Counted from the whole stretch's first letter, positions 24,637 through 38,018 are shown. The stretch: 63,116 nt of DNA, filler included, from Olpidium bornovanus S191 (GCA_017911155.1; 27 parts of 27 records of this genome joined end to end with filler, not necessarily neighbours in it), one strand, 5' to 3'. A program made the numbers and translations. Notes: generated by a model from the letters alone, not told the origin.

Positions 24637-27559
24637 NNNNNNNNNNNNNNNNNNNNNNNNNNNNNNNNNNNNNNNNNNNNTTAATTAATTAANNNNNNNN
24701 NNNNNNNNNNNNNNNNNNNNNNNNNNNNNNNNNNNNCATGCAAGGTTCCGGAGACGACATTCTGATAACCCACAGCATAATTGTATGGTAACAACTTACC
24801 CATTCTGAAGCCGTCGGTTCTTAGCTGTTCCTCCGTACATTTTTTCGGGAAAATTCGTGGTAGGGATGCCGCGAGCTCCGCAAGGTATATCGATAAAACA
24901 GCTGTCATACGGAAGGAATGTGATTTAATGCAATTTCGGAACGAAAGATAACCACTCCCCGGGAAATGTTATTTATAACGGGATCGAAGATTTTTAGCGA
25001 ACCTCACCAGTTTTGCTGATGCTCATGCCAGACTGTTTCTTCGTATATTCTTCCTGAAGAGTCCGATATCGCATAAGCCGGCGGCCTGCTCAGCATGTGT
25101 TTGATGACAAAACAATCAAAAGTGAGCTGCCGCCGACGAGAAAAAGGGCGCGTCGCAAAAGGTCCCTTCCAGATGTACGGCAACGGCGACCAAGTTGGCT
25201 GAGTTCACGTAACCTACCTGTCCTGTTGTTGTCGATTCCAAGGCCTCCCATCATACAGCCTCTCCACAGAGCCCCAAGCCGGAAGCGGAGGGGCTGGATA
25301 AACCGCCGCCCCTTCAACGGGACAAGCGAGCCCAGGAGGCGGCGGCAATCCGGGTGGCAGAGCGGGATGGGCTCCACGAGAGATTAGGGAAGGCTCCGGC
25401 CAGGCGTTGGCCACTGGTTTGCGCCCCCCCCCCCCTTCGCCACGGGCGTTTCCTCCTCGGCCCGGTTCGGAGGCGTTGCAACAGTAACCGGAGGTGGCGG
25501 CCATCGCGGGAAAGTATCTGCCACACGGAAGTTAACACGCGCCTGAGCGAATGCGGAACGTTCGCATTTGCTTTGGTTAGACTTCCGATCGAGGTGCTTC
25601 GATCGCCCCGACAAGAGGACATTGTTCTGTCCGACCGTCAAGAAGCTTGCGACAGACATAATTTTATTGACTTAACACAGCACCGCCACAGCGACGACGA
25701 ATTCGCGGAAAGAGCGGAGTTTCGCTCTGAAGCGGAACATGCGGGAGCTCAGGCAAAGCGTACCTCGTCCGGCTGACCAGGGGGATCGGCAGCGTCCCGA
25801 GTGAGATCGGAACACCGACCGCTTCCCCCTCCCCCTCGGCCGTTTCGCGAGCGCCCGGTGCGCAGCACCACCTCCGGTCCACCGCGCCGGTGGCGCCGCC
25901 GCTGCTAGCGCCGCACACTCCGCCGCTAGCGCCGCGCACTCTTCTTCCCACCGCCACCGCTCTGGCCACTTGATGAATGGGTGGAGGGAAGGAAGGGGGG
26001 GGGGGGAAGCGGGGCGGAGACGTCCGGAAGCGAGTAAGGGCTGGCGGGGGCGAGGAGAAAAGCCACCGGGGAGGGCGGGGGAAGCCCGCGGGGAGCGGGA
26101 GTGGAAGGGAAAAAGAAGGCGGCGGGAGGCGGGGGCGGGGGAGGGGAGGGGAGGATTGCGCGGAGGAAGAAAGATCGGCAGGAAAAGGAAGATGGCCTGT
26201 CGGAGAAAAAAAAACGAGAAAAAAAATATCTTTTTTTCTTTTATAAAAAAAAAGAAAGAAAACCGGGGAAACAGGGCAGCAACGCAGATCCCCTTCCTCC
26301 TTCCCCCATCTCCCTCTTTCGCCCAAGCTCGGGGTTCTGGGCCCGTGTCACCGTGCCCGACACGTGCTGGCCCTTCCCCTTCCGCGCTCGCCCCCTCCCC
26401 TTCCCTCCGCCCGCAGAGTGAGCGAGCGCATTGGCCGTCGTCATTGGAAAGTGGAGGCTGAAGTGTGCCTGCAGCCGCTTCGTTCTATTTCTTCATCGGA
26501 AGTTTTGCATTTAGATATGCTCTAGAAACCAACGCTACTCGCTGCGGCGCTACATTTCCATGGCCAGCTCAAAACGCCGCAGTTTACGATTGCAGTTTTG
26601 CGTTGTGAGCGCAAATTGACTCCCGTGTCCATACACAAGCGCAGAGGCTGAAACTGCTGAAACTGCAATTGCAATGAGCGCAGGGCCTTGAACAACATGC
26701 TGCCAGTCGATGTTGTCATGCCAGTCGGTGCCGCTCGAGTAGCAGTGCAGAAAGTTTCCCCAACAGACGACAACGGAGAGAAAAGAGATCACCGCTCACG
26801 ACACGGGTTATGATCCCAACAGGCTGACAACGCACGGACTCACCGTCTCTGCCGCCGCGCTGTCGACCCCGTCACCACCGGCGTCGCTGTTCCGGACTTA
26901 ACGCCGCTGCCGCCGTTGCCGCAGCTCGCTTCCCCGCCATCTTTTCGACTGCGCAGCAGCGCAGAAGAGGAGCCGGCGTTGCAAGGAATGTTCGGAGGAC
27001 GGGGGCCTCCATGCCACGCTCCGCTCTCTCCCTTTTACGTCGACGTCCGCTCGGCCAAGAGCCCGTCGTTCCTTTTACTTTTCGTTCATTCGGTTTAAGA
27101 ACGCCACTCTCTCCACTTCACGAGTTTCAGTCAGCCTGCTTTCGACCACGAGACCGGTTCGGCACGATCCGCCTCGGTGGAAATGATCGCTCGACCGCGC
27201 GACATCTGACCATGATCCCTCGACCGCGCGACATCTGACCATGAGCAACCGATGTACGACCCGTTCTCTAAGCGTCCTCCCGCCTCGCAAGGGTGACAAG
27301 ATGATAACAGAAGGTTCAATCGGGTAGAGGTGCCCGCGCAGAAAGACGTTTGAGAAGATGCCACGACGCTCGTCGAGAACGACAGCCGCCTGGTCCGCAG
27401 AATTGATGAAAACTTTCCGGCGCGTTTCGGAGTGCAGAACGATACGCTGAGCAACGTAACGAGGAGACACGCCGACGACCAGTCTTGGACAAGGGAGCGC
27501 AGTCGTCGGTCCGCCCTATCACTCACGACGAATGCGTCAGTGCACCTGCCAACGTGCAC

Positions 27560-27708
27560 TCGTTCCTTCGACAATCGAGGACGTTTCCTCCACCTGCGAC
27601 ATCATGACGCTGCCCTTCCTGAATGCTTTTTCAGACTCAGATTGGTCTTCAGCCATCTGCGAAAGGAAATCAACGACCAGCTACCTACTTCGCTTCGGCG
27701 AGGCCATG
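27560..27708 (+). mobile_element. Ty1/copia RNase H N-terminal fragment
   Basis: LNAFSDSDWSSAICERKSTTSYLLRFGEA resembles the copia RNase H consensus (GY.DSDWA...RKSTSGY...G). Cut by the contig end. Confidence 0.7.
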
Positions 27709-27839
27709 NNNNNNNNNNNNNNNNNNNNNNNNNNNNNNNNNNNNNNNNNNNNTTAATTAATTAANNNNNNNNNNNNNNNNNNNNNNNNNNNNNNNNNNNN
27801 NNNNNNNNAATCAATCTCTCTGCCCACGCGGCCAGACCC

Positions 27840-27879
<40 letters not shown>

Positions 27880-28184
27880 AGCCCCCCCCCCCCCCCCCCT
27901 CCCCCCCCCCGCCCCCCACCCCCCCCCCCCCCCCCCCCCCGCGCGAGCGCCCGGCATCCCAAACAACTCGCTCCCCAGCTCTGGAAACCCCCGGTCCTGC
28001 AAATTATATTATTTCCGGCGTCGGCCGGTCCGGCCCGCAGGCAATACTAATCGGCCGAACCGCCGCCGACGAAAGTGAGCGTCCGGCGGCGGCGGGGTTC
28101 CAACGGTAGACGGGCACGGTGCCGACGCGTTTCTAATCCGGGCGCCTCCGCTGTTCATCAACAGATGAGCCCTGCTTCGCGCAG

Positions 28185-29195
28185 GTGCCCGGCCCTGGGC
28201 AGTACGACCCGCACGACGACTTGCTGCGGATGAAACCGCCGGGGTTGAAAATACGCTCGCCGAAGGATCCGCAGCATAATCGTAAGGGTCTCCCCCTCCC
28301 TTTCCTCCCCTTCCCCAGGGATCATTTTATAGGTTAACAAAAAATTTGTTCTCGTTTCTGTCCCGCGGCAACACACCACAGAGGATGGCGGAGTGCCAGG
28401 TCCCGGAAGCTACAATCTCCGCGGCAATACGATAAGGGAGAACGGCGCGCAGAAGGTGACGATAAAGGGGCGGTGGCAGACGTTCGTTGGCAAGTACACC
28501 TTTAATGGGAGAAAAGGGGGGGAGGGGGGGGAGAAGGGGGAATTTCTGGTGCCCTTCAATTCGAGTACTGCGCAAGGTTTTGACGTTTCCAGCCGGGCGC
28601 CGGTCCTTTTCCCCCTGCCCTCAACTCCCGCCTTCCGCCCGTCCCTTCCCTCGACCACCAAAACCAAAATTTAACTTCTCATCCCCCTTTTTCCCAAAAA
28701 AAAAAATAAAAAATAATAATAATATCAGATCCCCCCCCCGGCCCGGGGTACTACAACCTCGCCTCGACCGTGGGCGATCCCCGGCGGCCGCCGAAAGGCA
28801 TCTTCCCGTCAGCGCCGGTCAGGCGGACGGCCGCGGCGGCCGCCCCGCCGCCGGCGTCGTCGTCGTCGCCGTCGTCGTCCTGCCCGGTCCGCCTCCCGGC
28901 GATCGTCAAGGCCGCCGCGAGCACCCCGGGGCCCGCCGAGTACGCCGTCGCCGCCCGCTTCCAGAGCATCGGACACACGGGGCCGGCGTTCGCGCTCGGG
29001 ACGAAGTTCAGGGAGCGCGCCCCGGCCCCCCCCCCCGGGCCCAACCAGTACGACACCGCCGCCGCCGCCGCCGCCGCGTCGGAGAACGACCGGAAAAAAC
29101 GCCGCGTCAGGGGCCCCAGCTTCAAGGGGAGGCCCAGTCCTTTCATGCTCGTCTTTCCGAACTTGAAGGTGGGAAGGTTACCTGTATACCGGTAG
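28185..29195 (+). CDS. SHIPPO/PGP-repeat sperm-tail/axonemal protein (ODF3/STPG/CIMAP1-like)
   Basis: Repeated PGPGxY units across three exons: PGPGQYD, PGPGSYN, GPGYYN, TPGPAEY, PPGPNQY. These are followed by P.F/T..G.R-type spacers (PAFALGTK, PSFKGR). Confidence 0.8.
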
Positions 29196-29455
29196 CGGGA
29201 TACCGGGGAGTTTTTTTGATTGCATGTTTTTTTTGGTTCATGTAAAAGATTTTCGTGCACGAAGATCAAATTAAGCAAAATCCGGAGTGGGTTTTTGCGG
29301 TTAATGAAGGGGTGAAGTGGGCTAAGGGGTGGGGGAGTGTGTGTGTGTGTGTGTGTGGGTGTGTGTGTGTGTGTGTGTGGGAGGGATCTTTGATGTTCTG
29401 TCTTGTTTTGGTGGTGGTTTTTAGCTTTTTGCATCATAACGTGCTTCTTTTCTTT

Positions 29456-29498
<43 letters not shown>

Positions 29499-29630
29499 TT
29501 GGGGGGGGGGGGGGGGGGGAAAAAAGGGCTNNNNNNNNNNNNNNNNNNNNNNNNNNNNNNNNNNNNNNNNNNNNTTAATTAATTAANNNNNNNNNNNNNN
29601 NNNNNNNNNNNNNNNNNNNNNNNNNNNNNN

Positions 29631-30630
29631 CATGACCAGTACTCCGCCGCGGACGCCGAGCGGCTGGGGATGGAGCAGGAGGTTAACACGCTCAAGGACC
29701 TGATCGCGACCAAGAAGTCCGAGGCGGACCGGGAAGGCCGGATAAAGGAGAAGGTGGAAAAGGAGCTCCGCGAGGTCAAGGCCCAGGTAGAGTTCAAGTC
29801 CGCGGAGATCAAGGGCCAGCAGGCGACGATCCAGAAGAACAGGGAGGAGATGACGAAGCTGGAGGCGACGGTGAAGGAGCAGAAGCAGGCCCTGGACAAG
29901 GCCGTGAAGGACCAGGAGAAGCTGGCGACGAGGGCGCAGAAGCTCCAGATGGACTACGAGGACCAGATCCTGAGCACCACCCAGCTCCTCTCCGAGAACC
30001 AGGGCCAGGCCCTGGAGCTGAAAATCCGGGACGACGAGCTGCTGAAGATCAGGGAGGAGCTCCGGAACATCAACCGCGTCAGAGACGCCCTCGGGAAGAA
30101 AGTGAAGTCCATCGAGGAGGCGAAGGAGCAGGCCGAGAGCGAGCGGGAATCGCTCAAAGTGAGAAACCGCGGGGGAGACGGGGGTGGGGGTGAAGGGGGG
30201 GTTGGCCAAGGGGGGGGGGTGAGGGAGGTGGGGTGTTGGAGGAGAAGGGTTTACGAGCTTGCCTCGCCTGCCCCCACCCCCTCGTTACCTCCCCCCTCCC
30301 TCCGCCTCCAATCCCTTCCCTTTCTAACATAGTCGATGGTTCATGTAATATCATCTCTAATTGTCGACCGACTCAATTTTTTTTTTTTTTCCTCTCGTCG
30401 CGCGAAAAATCGCGCGGGGGGGGGGGGGTATGGATGGGCGGAATGGGGCTGTTCCGCTCCGCCGGCGGGCGCGTTTTCTAGACGATGAACCACTCGTTCG
30501 AGCGGGAGGTCATGCAGGCGGAGCAGCAGATCGAGGCGAACAGGAAGCAGATCGAGGACCTCATCCGCGAGCGGGACATCCTCAACAAGAACTTCATCAA
30601 GTCGACGGCGGCGACGGGCAAGCAGGCGAA
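29631..30630 (+). CDS. CFAP58: Cilia- and flagella-associated protein 58 (CCDC147), internal fragment
   Basis: Long coiled coil (exon to 30158, next exon from 30482) with ...ERESLK...EREV...IEDLIRERDILNKNFIKSTAATGKQ, matching the CFAP58 motif ELLRERDILNKN..KA..ATQKQ. Confidence 0.85.
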
Positions 30631-30730
30631 NNNNNNNNNNNNNNNNNNNNNNNNNNNNNNNNNNNNNNNNNNNNTTAATTAATTAANNNNNNNNNNNNNN
30701 NNNNNNNNNNNNNNNNNNNNNNNNNNNNNN

Positions 30731-31290
30731 CATGCAAATGGCGACGATGCAGATGCCGCGTTTGACAGAAGACGACGTAGCCACTGTCAAAAGGGCCAAT
30801 GAGCGCTGTTCCATCAGCGATGGATCCGGAAACTACTCGGACGTGACAATGGTTGCTCAGGGTACGGAGTCTAACCTTGACTTTGACATTTCCGACATTA
30901 CTCCGATTAGGATGGACGACAAGATTGCGCAAGAGGCGCAAAAGAAGTTGGAGGCAACTCGCCTCCTGTTCCAGCAGCAGTTGGGACAACACCAGAGGAG
31001 GCTTGCTGTGCTCCAGTGAGATGCGGAGATTACGGCAGCCGCTCGGCGAGAAGCCGAGGAACTTCCTCGGAAGGAGTGTGAGCGGCAGGCTGCCATTGAT
31101 GCGGCGGCCGCCGATGGTCTATGCCAGCTAAAGGCTGAACGAGACCGCGTGTTCGCGCAGTTACGTGAACAGGAGCGAAAGCTCCTTGCAGAGGCAGCAG
31201 GAGACCGGGAAGCAGCATGACGCACACACAGCGTAGTCGGCGCATCTGTACTGTGGAAGAATATGAAGACGCCACTCGTGCGGTAAGGTC
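30731..31290 (+). pseudogene. Coiled-coil ORF interrupted by in-frame TGA stops (possibly TE-derived)
   Basis: The frame from 30732 continues past TGA at 31017-31019 (VLQ*DAEITAAARREAEEL...REQERKLLAEAAGDREAA*) and reaches a second TGA at 31218-31220. Confidence 0.5.
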
Positions 31291-32544
31291 CTTCGACAAA
31301 GGAGGTCGCAGAGGAAGTGTCTTTTTTTTCTATTACGAAACGATAAACGATAACTCTCTTCTGGTTTCAAAGTACCAGGAAGGGGCGCTATTTATGCCCA
31401 CGGCTACACACAACGCGCCGCACAGCGCCCGTTGCCTGTCGTGGGCATGCCCGCGCGGGTACTTCATGGGGGCTTTGCCCATGGTCGCGCGTTGCCGTTC
31501 GTCCTTCCTTTGCGCCCGCGCGGGTCCTGTCTTCGAATGTATTGACTGGGTGGTTGCGCACGCGGGTTTGAAGGGGGGTTTCGGGGACGAAGGGGGTTTG
31601 TGGTGTGGGGTGGCGTCCCGGGACACGTGACCTGGGTTCTTCCAGCGCGCTACGGCGCGCGGCGCATCACACCCCCGTACTTTCCCCGCCCTAGGCGCGG
31701 AAAAGTTCAGTCGAAGGGAGTGGCCCCGGCCCAGAGGCCCTTCCTTGATGTTCCCCATTGCGTCGCAGGCGGAACCCAGGCTGGGGTCAAGCTCCCCCCC
31801 CCCCCCCCCGTTGTTTGTTTCCGCGACGAAGTCGCATCGCGGGGGGGGGGGGGGGGGGGGGGGGGGGTGCTCCTCGCCTCCACGGTTGCAACGAAACTAA
31901 TTCGGCGTCGCGTCGGCGGCTACGAAGCTCTCCTCCGTTGCCGCGTCAAGATACGGGGAGAGACGGCGCCCGCAGCCTGTGTGCAACAGCCGGGCGCTTT
32001 GTGTCTTCTGCAGGAAGGGACGGGAGAGAAGAACGGCCTGCCTCCGTCTCTCGCTCGCGCTCTGCTCTCTGCCGCCCTCGGACGCCCATTCACGCCCGCG
32101 CGCACGCTCGCCTCGCCTGCCCCGTATGCCCGTCTTCCTGGTTTTTTTTTTTTTTTTTTTTTTTTTTTCAATGGTTTTGGGTCTGCCGCAAAGACGGCCG
32201 GCCACACCTGTAATTTACGTACGGGCGGGCAACCAACAGCTCACCGTTGCCGTCGTGCCGTAGCCGTGCCGTCGTCGTGCCGTCGTGTCGGCGGCAGAAG
32301 GAAAGCAAATCTCTCCATTCGACATAAGAGGGGAGGCGCCAGAGCTTTCCATGANNNNNNNNNNNNNNNNNNNNNNNNNNNNNNNNNNNNNNNNNNNNTT
32401 AATTAATTAANNNNNNNNNNNNNNNNNNNNNNNNNNNNNNNNNNNNNNNNNNNNAACATGTGGTTTGAAGGGGCATAATGAGCGGACAGGCGCACGGCGT
32501 CACCGGCACGAATGCACCTTGATGTTGACAGATGGTGGACGTCG

Positions 32545-32640
32545 AAAGGTGACGGCAAAGGGCAACGGCGAAGGGCAACGGCAAAAGGCGACAGCAAAGG
32601 GTGGCGGTGGCGGCAAAAGGCGATGGCAAAGGGTGACCAA
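32545..32640. repeat. Degenerate 12-bp minisatellite (GACGGCAAAGG[G/C])
   Basis: About seven imperfect copies, e.g. gacggcaaagggc aacggcgaagggc aacggcaaaaggc gacagcaaagggt. Confidence 0.7.
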
Positions 32641-33499
32641 GGGATGGCTGACAGTGACGTGCAATTATGTTTTAGGTGTCCCCCAATTTGCAATTATTTT
32701 CACGTGTCCCCCGAAACGAAAATTCCCCAAAAATTGGCCCGTCCGCGTCAAATTCGTTGAGGTACGCGCGGCGGCGGTTCGGGGAATACCCCACTCCGAC
32801 GCGTTCTGGTGGCCCGTTGCATTCATTTTGAGAGGTGTTTCCTCGGCGCTTGGGCCTCTAGCTCGCCCCTCCCAGACCCCGCCGTCCGCGCGTCCGCGTT
32901 GGCGACCTGCAGCTTCTCTCGTTTGAAATCACGTTGCAGCCGTTTAGCCCGACCGCGCGTCTGTTCACCGCGTGAGAACCGGCAGCCCGGCTTATTTCCG
33001 AGGAGGCCATACCGCCCCGCTACCGCGGACCACCGTCCGCAACCGGAGTCCGCCGCGTGGGCTCCGCGGCATCCGCCCCGGGGCCGCCGCTGTCGGGATC
33101 GAACTACCCCGATGCCGTTGTCGCGTCTCGCGCTGCCGCGTCTCGCCGTGGACACCGACCAGGCGGACTGCGGAAAGCACGAGCGGAAAAAGGAGCGCTG
33201 CGATCGCAGGAGCGGCGCCGCAGCGCGGACGCCGGACCGGAAGGCTGCGCAGCCCCGCGGAACCGCGTTGTCAGGCGCGCCTGTTCCGGGAGGGCGTTCT
33301 GCGTGGTTTGATCGATCCGCCGTTGCCGGCTGCGGCGACGTTGTCTGTGAGATTTCGAGGGACTGTCCCCTCCATCGTCTGGGCAACCGAGGAGTCCGCG
33401 GCGACGCTGGTGAACTGCAAAGTAACGGTTCTGACGTCGCGACAGTGTCGGTGACCGTCGCGGAGGAGACCGCACAATTAGGCTTCTGCGACAAACCCG

Positions 33500-34044
33500 C
33501 TTTGCTCATGCCATCCACTGCTCAGCTCGTGCGCTCACCATGTGCGGTTCCGTGGTCTCTCGGTTTTGATCCGGCACCTCCGGCGGTTCCGCCGCGAAAG
33601 AATATTTTGCCTCAACTGCCACCGCGTCCGTTGGTGCGCCGGTCGGTTCTGTGGCCAGGCGCCGACGAACAACTACTAGGAAATACAACGAGTTTGACAG
33701 CTCGAATGGCTGCCGTCGATTGCTGGAGACTGCCGGACGCGTTGTCGTCGTCAACAGTAGAAAGCAATACCTCATGTCCTTTCAATCCTGAATCACCGGG
33801 AAGTGCGACGCGCAACGTTTGTTTTCCGTGCCCCGGGCCGATTTCGACCATTCCGCACTTTGGCTCTTCGACAGCTCCCATGGGCAGCATCGAAGCGGAG
33901 ATATGGCGTGTAAGGTCGTCAGTCGCCATTCGGTTGAACGAAGACCACTCAAGCGGTAGTTCAACTATCAGCAACGTGCTGGATAGTCGCACCACCAATG
34001 CAAATCTGGCAAACGGCCCGCATCTCCTGCCGGAATCGGTCATG
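33500..34044 (-). CDS. Putative exons of an uncharacterised gene
   Basis: Protein-like frame (LVVRLSSTLLIVELPLEWSSFNRM...LRVALPGDSGLKGHEVLL) with plausible GT-AG junctions. No family recognised. Confidence 0.3.
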
Positions 34045-34245
34045 NNNNNNNNNNNNNNNNNNNNNNNNNNNNNNNNNNNNNNNNNNNNTTAATTAATTAA
34101 NNNNNNNNNNNNNNNNNNNNNNNNNNNNNNNNNNNNNNNNNNNNCTGGGAACCTAACATTCTCACAGACCGTGTTCGTTTGGTACGAAGAGTGGGTCCCC
34201 CCTTCCACCGCCGCCTCCGCGTACGCCCCCCCCCCCCCCCCCCCC

Positions 34246-34284
<39 letters not shown>

Positions 34285-34908
34285 TATCCTATTCCCCCTC
34301 ATTTTGGCCGAACACACACGCTGAATGGCAGCTTCCTACGACAGCTTGGACGTTTTTTTTTTTTTTTTTTTTTTGATGTGGCGCCGGCCTCGTTGATGGC
34401 CTTCCGTACTCATCATCGACACCCCCCCTTGGGATCTCCGTCTGGGAAAGCCAGAAGGCGGGCAACTTTTTTTTGCAGAGGTGGAAAGCAATGCCGAGCT
34501 TTCCCGCCACGTCTTGCAAACCCTTTAGTGCAAGCCCTGTGTTTTGACTAAGGGGAAGGCGCACAAAGCGTCACGGGGGCATGATGCTTGCTGGGCGGGG
34601 TTGGGGATGGGAGTCCCTGATGGGCGAGGGAGAACGGGGGAAGAGGAAACACACCCCGGCCAGGCATGATCCATCGCTGGCGAAACTGAAATCTCCAAGA
34701 GAGCCTTGTTGTAACGGCGCATGACTGTGACAACACCTAGAGGCAAGTCGGTGTGCGTATATTTATCGGCAGCAGGGAGCCTGAAGGCAACAACCGGAAG
34801 TTTGAAAGTACGCGGATGGCACTATGGTCAGTTCAAAGCACACTGGGTTGAACTGATATTGCGTAGAAACAAGGCCTAGGAAATCTCCCGCTCAAAGGAG
34901 GTTTATCA

Positions 34909-36031
34909 TCATGAACAGCAAGACCCGCGCCGCCATCCCGATCGACCGGCGGACTTCCGACTGTCGAGGCTGAGGGTGTCGACCTCAAACGTGTACTTCG
35001 GGATGGACACGTGGCGGGAGATGAACTCGAAGACGGCGCCGACGTTGGTCCCGTCCTTCGCCGAAGTCTCGAAACACGGCAGGCGTTCGCGCTCGGCGAG
35101 CTCGCCCGTGCCGTCGTCGGGCGACGAAAACACGGCGGCCGCGCGGTAGAGCGGCGTCGCGAGCGAGCGGTCGGCGCCAGACGCGAACGCCGCCGACGGC
35201 CCGAGGCGCGGCCGCGCCCACATGTCGGGGTTGCAGCTCCGCAGGCAGAACGTGCGGGCCTGCTGCGCTGAGACCGCCCGGTCGGTCAGGTCCGTTTTGT
35301 TCCCCAGCAGCAGAAAGGGGAAAGAGGTCGGGTCGGGAATCGCGGCTTTGAGGATGAACTCGTCGCGCCATTTCGCCAAGTGCTCAAACGAAGCGAGCGA
35401 ATTCACGGCGTAACAGAGGACGACCGCGTCGGCTGCGGAAATCACGCAAGCGGCGGGGCCAGCGCAAGTGCGCACAGTCGTCCGGTAACGGAAGCTCAGC
35501 GTGGCGATCATTTTTCGAACGCACCCTTCGGGAAAACCAGCCGGATGGCTAGAAACCGCTTTACGGCTGCGTTCCAACAAACCCACCTCCTCGGTAGTAA
35601 TACGTGCCAAGGGAATGAAACCTCTCCTGTCCTGCAGTGTCCCATACCTGCAGGACAACCTTCCGGTTGTCTTCAGTCAGATCTTTCGTGATGAAGTCGG
35701 CGCCTATGGTGGCCTTGTACGTGTTTGAGAAGCAGTCATACAGGTACTGTGGTGCCAAAAATTCAGCCAGAGCCGAGAACAGTCGAACGGAGCGCCCCGG
35801 CAAGCCCTAGAGTCTGTCGTACGACGGGAACTCCGCGGAAGGCCGCACATACCCTATTCCGAACAGATGTCTGGCGGGACAAAGGCAAACGGCGTCAGGT
35901 GGCGAGTCAAGATCTGAACTGTTTTTCGGCCCCAAGCACGCCGCGCGGCGGCCAAAAGCCGTCACTTTGGCCGTCACCTTTCCCACAGCCGCGTCGCCCA
36001 GCAGTATGACTTTGAGAACCTGCGCCGGCAT
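34909..36031 (-). CDS. Rab7/Ypt7-family small GTPase paralog (multi-exon, complete or nearly so)
   Basis: [13 protein letters not shown] | 18-nt micro-exon TSVRNR (35853-35870) | [18 protein letters not shown]...[13 protein letters not shown] | ADAVVLCY...DEF...[11 protein letters not shown]...ETSAK. C-terminal GSCCS prenylation motif. Confidence 0.9.
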
Positions 36032-38018
36032 TCAGCGGCCCGGCGGTTCGACAGACGCGCGGGGCAGGTTGAGCGCCGTCGAGCTTTACTTCGTCCCTGC
36101 CGCCGCGCTGCCTCGACTGCTCTTCCCGTTTCCGCGTGTGCCGCCGCCGCTATACCCTGCGGTTCGCCGGCGAGAGTTTTCGCGAAGCGGCCTGCTGTGT
36201 CCGAGGCGGACGGCGGGAAAGGCGGAGCTGGAGCTTCCCCGCCCGAGCTCATGCCAGGCCAGGGTGGCCGGAGGCGGGCGACGGGGACACAGCGGCCGGT
36301 AGCGCTGCCGCGCCCGCTCTCTAAGGCCAGGTGGCGGGCGCAAAGGTTCTCACGGCGCTTGTGAGAATTTTAGCCACTGCAGGCAACGGGAGAGGGGGGG
36401 TTGCCAGGGAATGTGGCGGAAATCGCGACAAAAAATTTTTTTTTCTTTTTTTTTTTGGTTCCTCCGCAAAAGTCCTCTTCAACGCGGGCGAGCGAGCCAC
36501 CGTCTGCGTTCTCAGACAGCCAGAAAAAAAATCCTTGTGTTTCCAATAGTTCTTTTATATCACGTGCATACACTTCCCGCGGCAGCAGCTCGTCCGCACG
36601 GCCGCCAGCGAGAGCGCACCACACCTGCAAGCCAGGCCCAGCGGGCAGGGGGTGGGGGGAGGGCGGACTGCAATGCCACCGACCGTAGTTTTCATTTCAT
36701 TTCTTTCTTTTTTTAGGGGTGGTTTTGCAGGCCGGCGGTGAAAAGCTGTTCGTTCTCTCGTGCCCTGCCGGTCGAGTGAGATATCACGACTCTTACAACT
36801 GTGTTCCGTCGTAGACCACCCACGTCCCCACCCCCTCTTTCGCGCATTCTCTTCCCGAAAACGATGGAAGCTGACAAAAACGCTTATGCATCGTGTGATG
36901 TGCCTGTACGCCTGTGCGGCCGTTCATTTTCCGTGTGTCAAGTTACAAAAAGCCTTCTGCATGAGCAAGCATAATAGCAAGCACAGCCACCCAACCATTC
37001 ACCAGTATATGTAACCATGTTTCCTCATGCTCACGAAACTCCCGACGCCGACTTGGACGTAGTACGATGAAACCGGCACCCTGCGAAGTAATCAAGTGAA
37101 GAGACAGTTTAGGACAAGAGCCAACCAGAGTCTTCGACAGATCTACGGACAGGGGGAAAACCTGCATGTTTGACATCAATTGTAATCGACGGCCACTTAC
37201 TCATTCTGATTCACCGGTTAAGATCCATGGAGGGGTAAGCTCGGATATGTCTGCGACGGCGGATGCTCGAAATCGCTGGCAATCTGTAGTGACGTGCTCA
37301 TTGTTTCCGGATGGGAGATCTGTGGGGGGCGGAGACCAGGTTATTCNNNNNNNNNNNNNNNNNNNNNNNNNNNNNNNNNNNNNNNNNNNNTTAATTAATT
37401 AANNNNNNNNNNNNNNNNNNNNNNNNNNNNNNNNNNNNNNNNNNNNGAAAGAGGGAGTCGCGACATAAACAGAGTGAGAGACGGGAAGGGGGGGGGGGGG
37501 GAAGCGGAAAAGCGACGGGGAAAAGAAGGGTTTTGATCGAAGCGCGGAAGCGCGCGCGCGCGCGGGGAGGGAGGGAAGAGGCCGTAGGGCGGGGCGAGGA
37601 CGGGTGGTGGTGAGGAGGAGGAAGGAGGAACAGCGAGGCGTGACAATAAAAAAAAATTGTGCCCGAAGGAGGGCGACCACCCCGGAGAGGGGGGGGTGGG
37701 GGCGCTGGGGAGGAGGAAAGGAGGAGGGGCCCCGGAGATTTTGACGGCGTGTGTGTGTGTGTGTGTGTGCGTGCGTGCGCGCGCGCGACCCTGCGCGGGC
37801 GCGGGCCCGGGGGGCGGCGGCGGCGGCGGGGGGAAGGGAGGGGGGGGGTGGCAAAAAAAAAAAAAAAAAACAAAAAAAGAGCGTTTCGGATTGAGGGAGA
37901 GAGAGAGGGAGGAGGGAAAGGAGTTCTTGTTCGCGCGGGAGGGTATTCTTGTGTCCCCCACCACCTTCGCGCCCGGGCGGGCCGGGCCGTTCCCCCCTTT
38001 CTCCCCCCCCCCCCTCTG

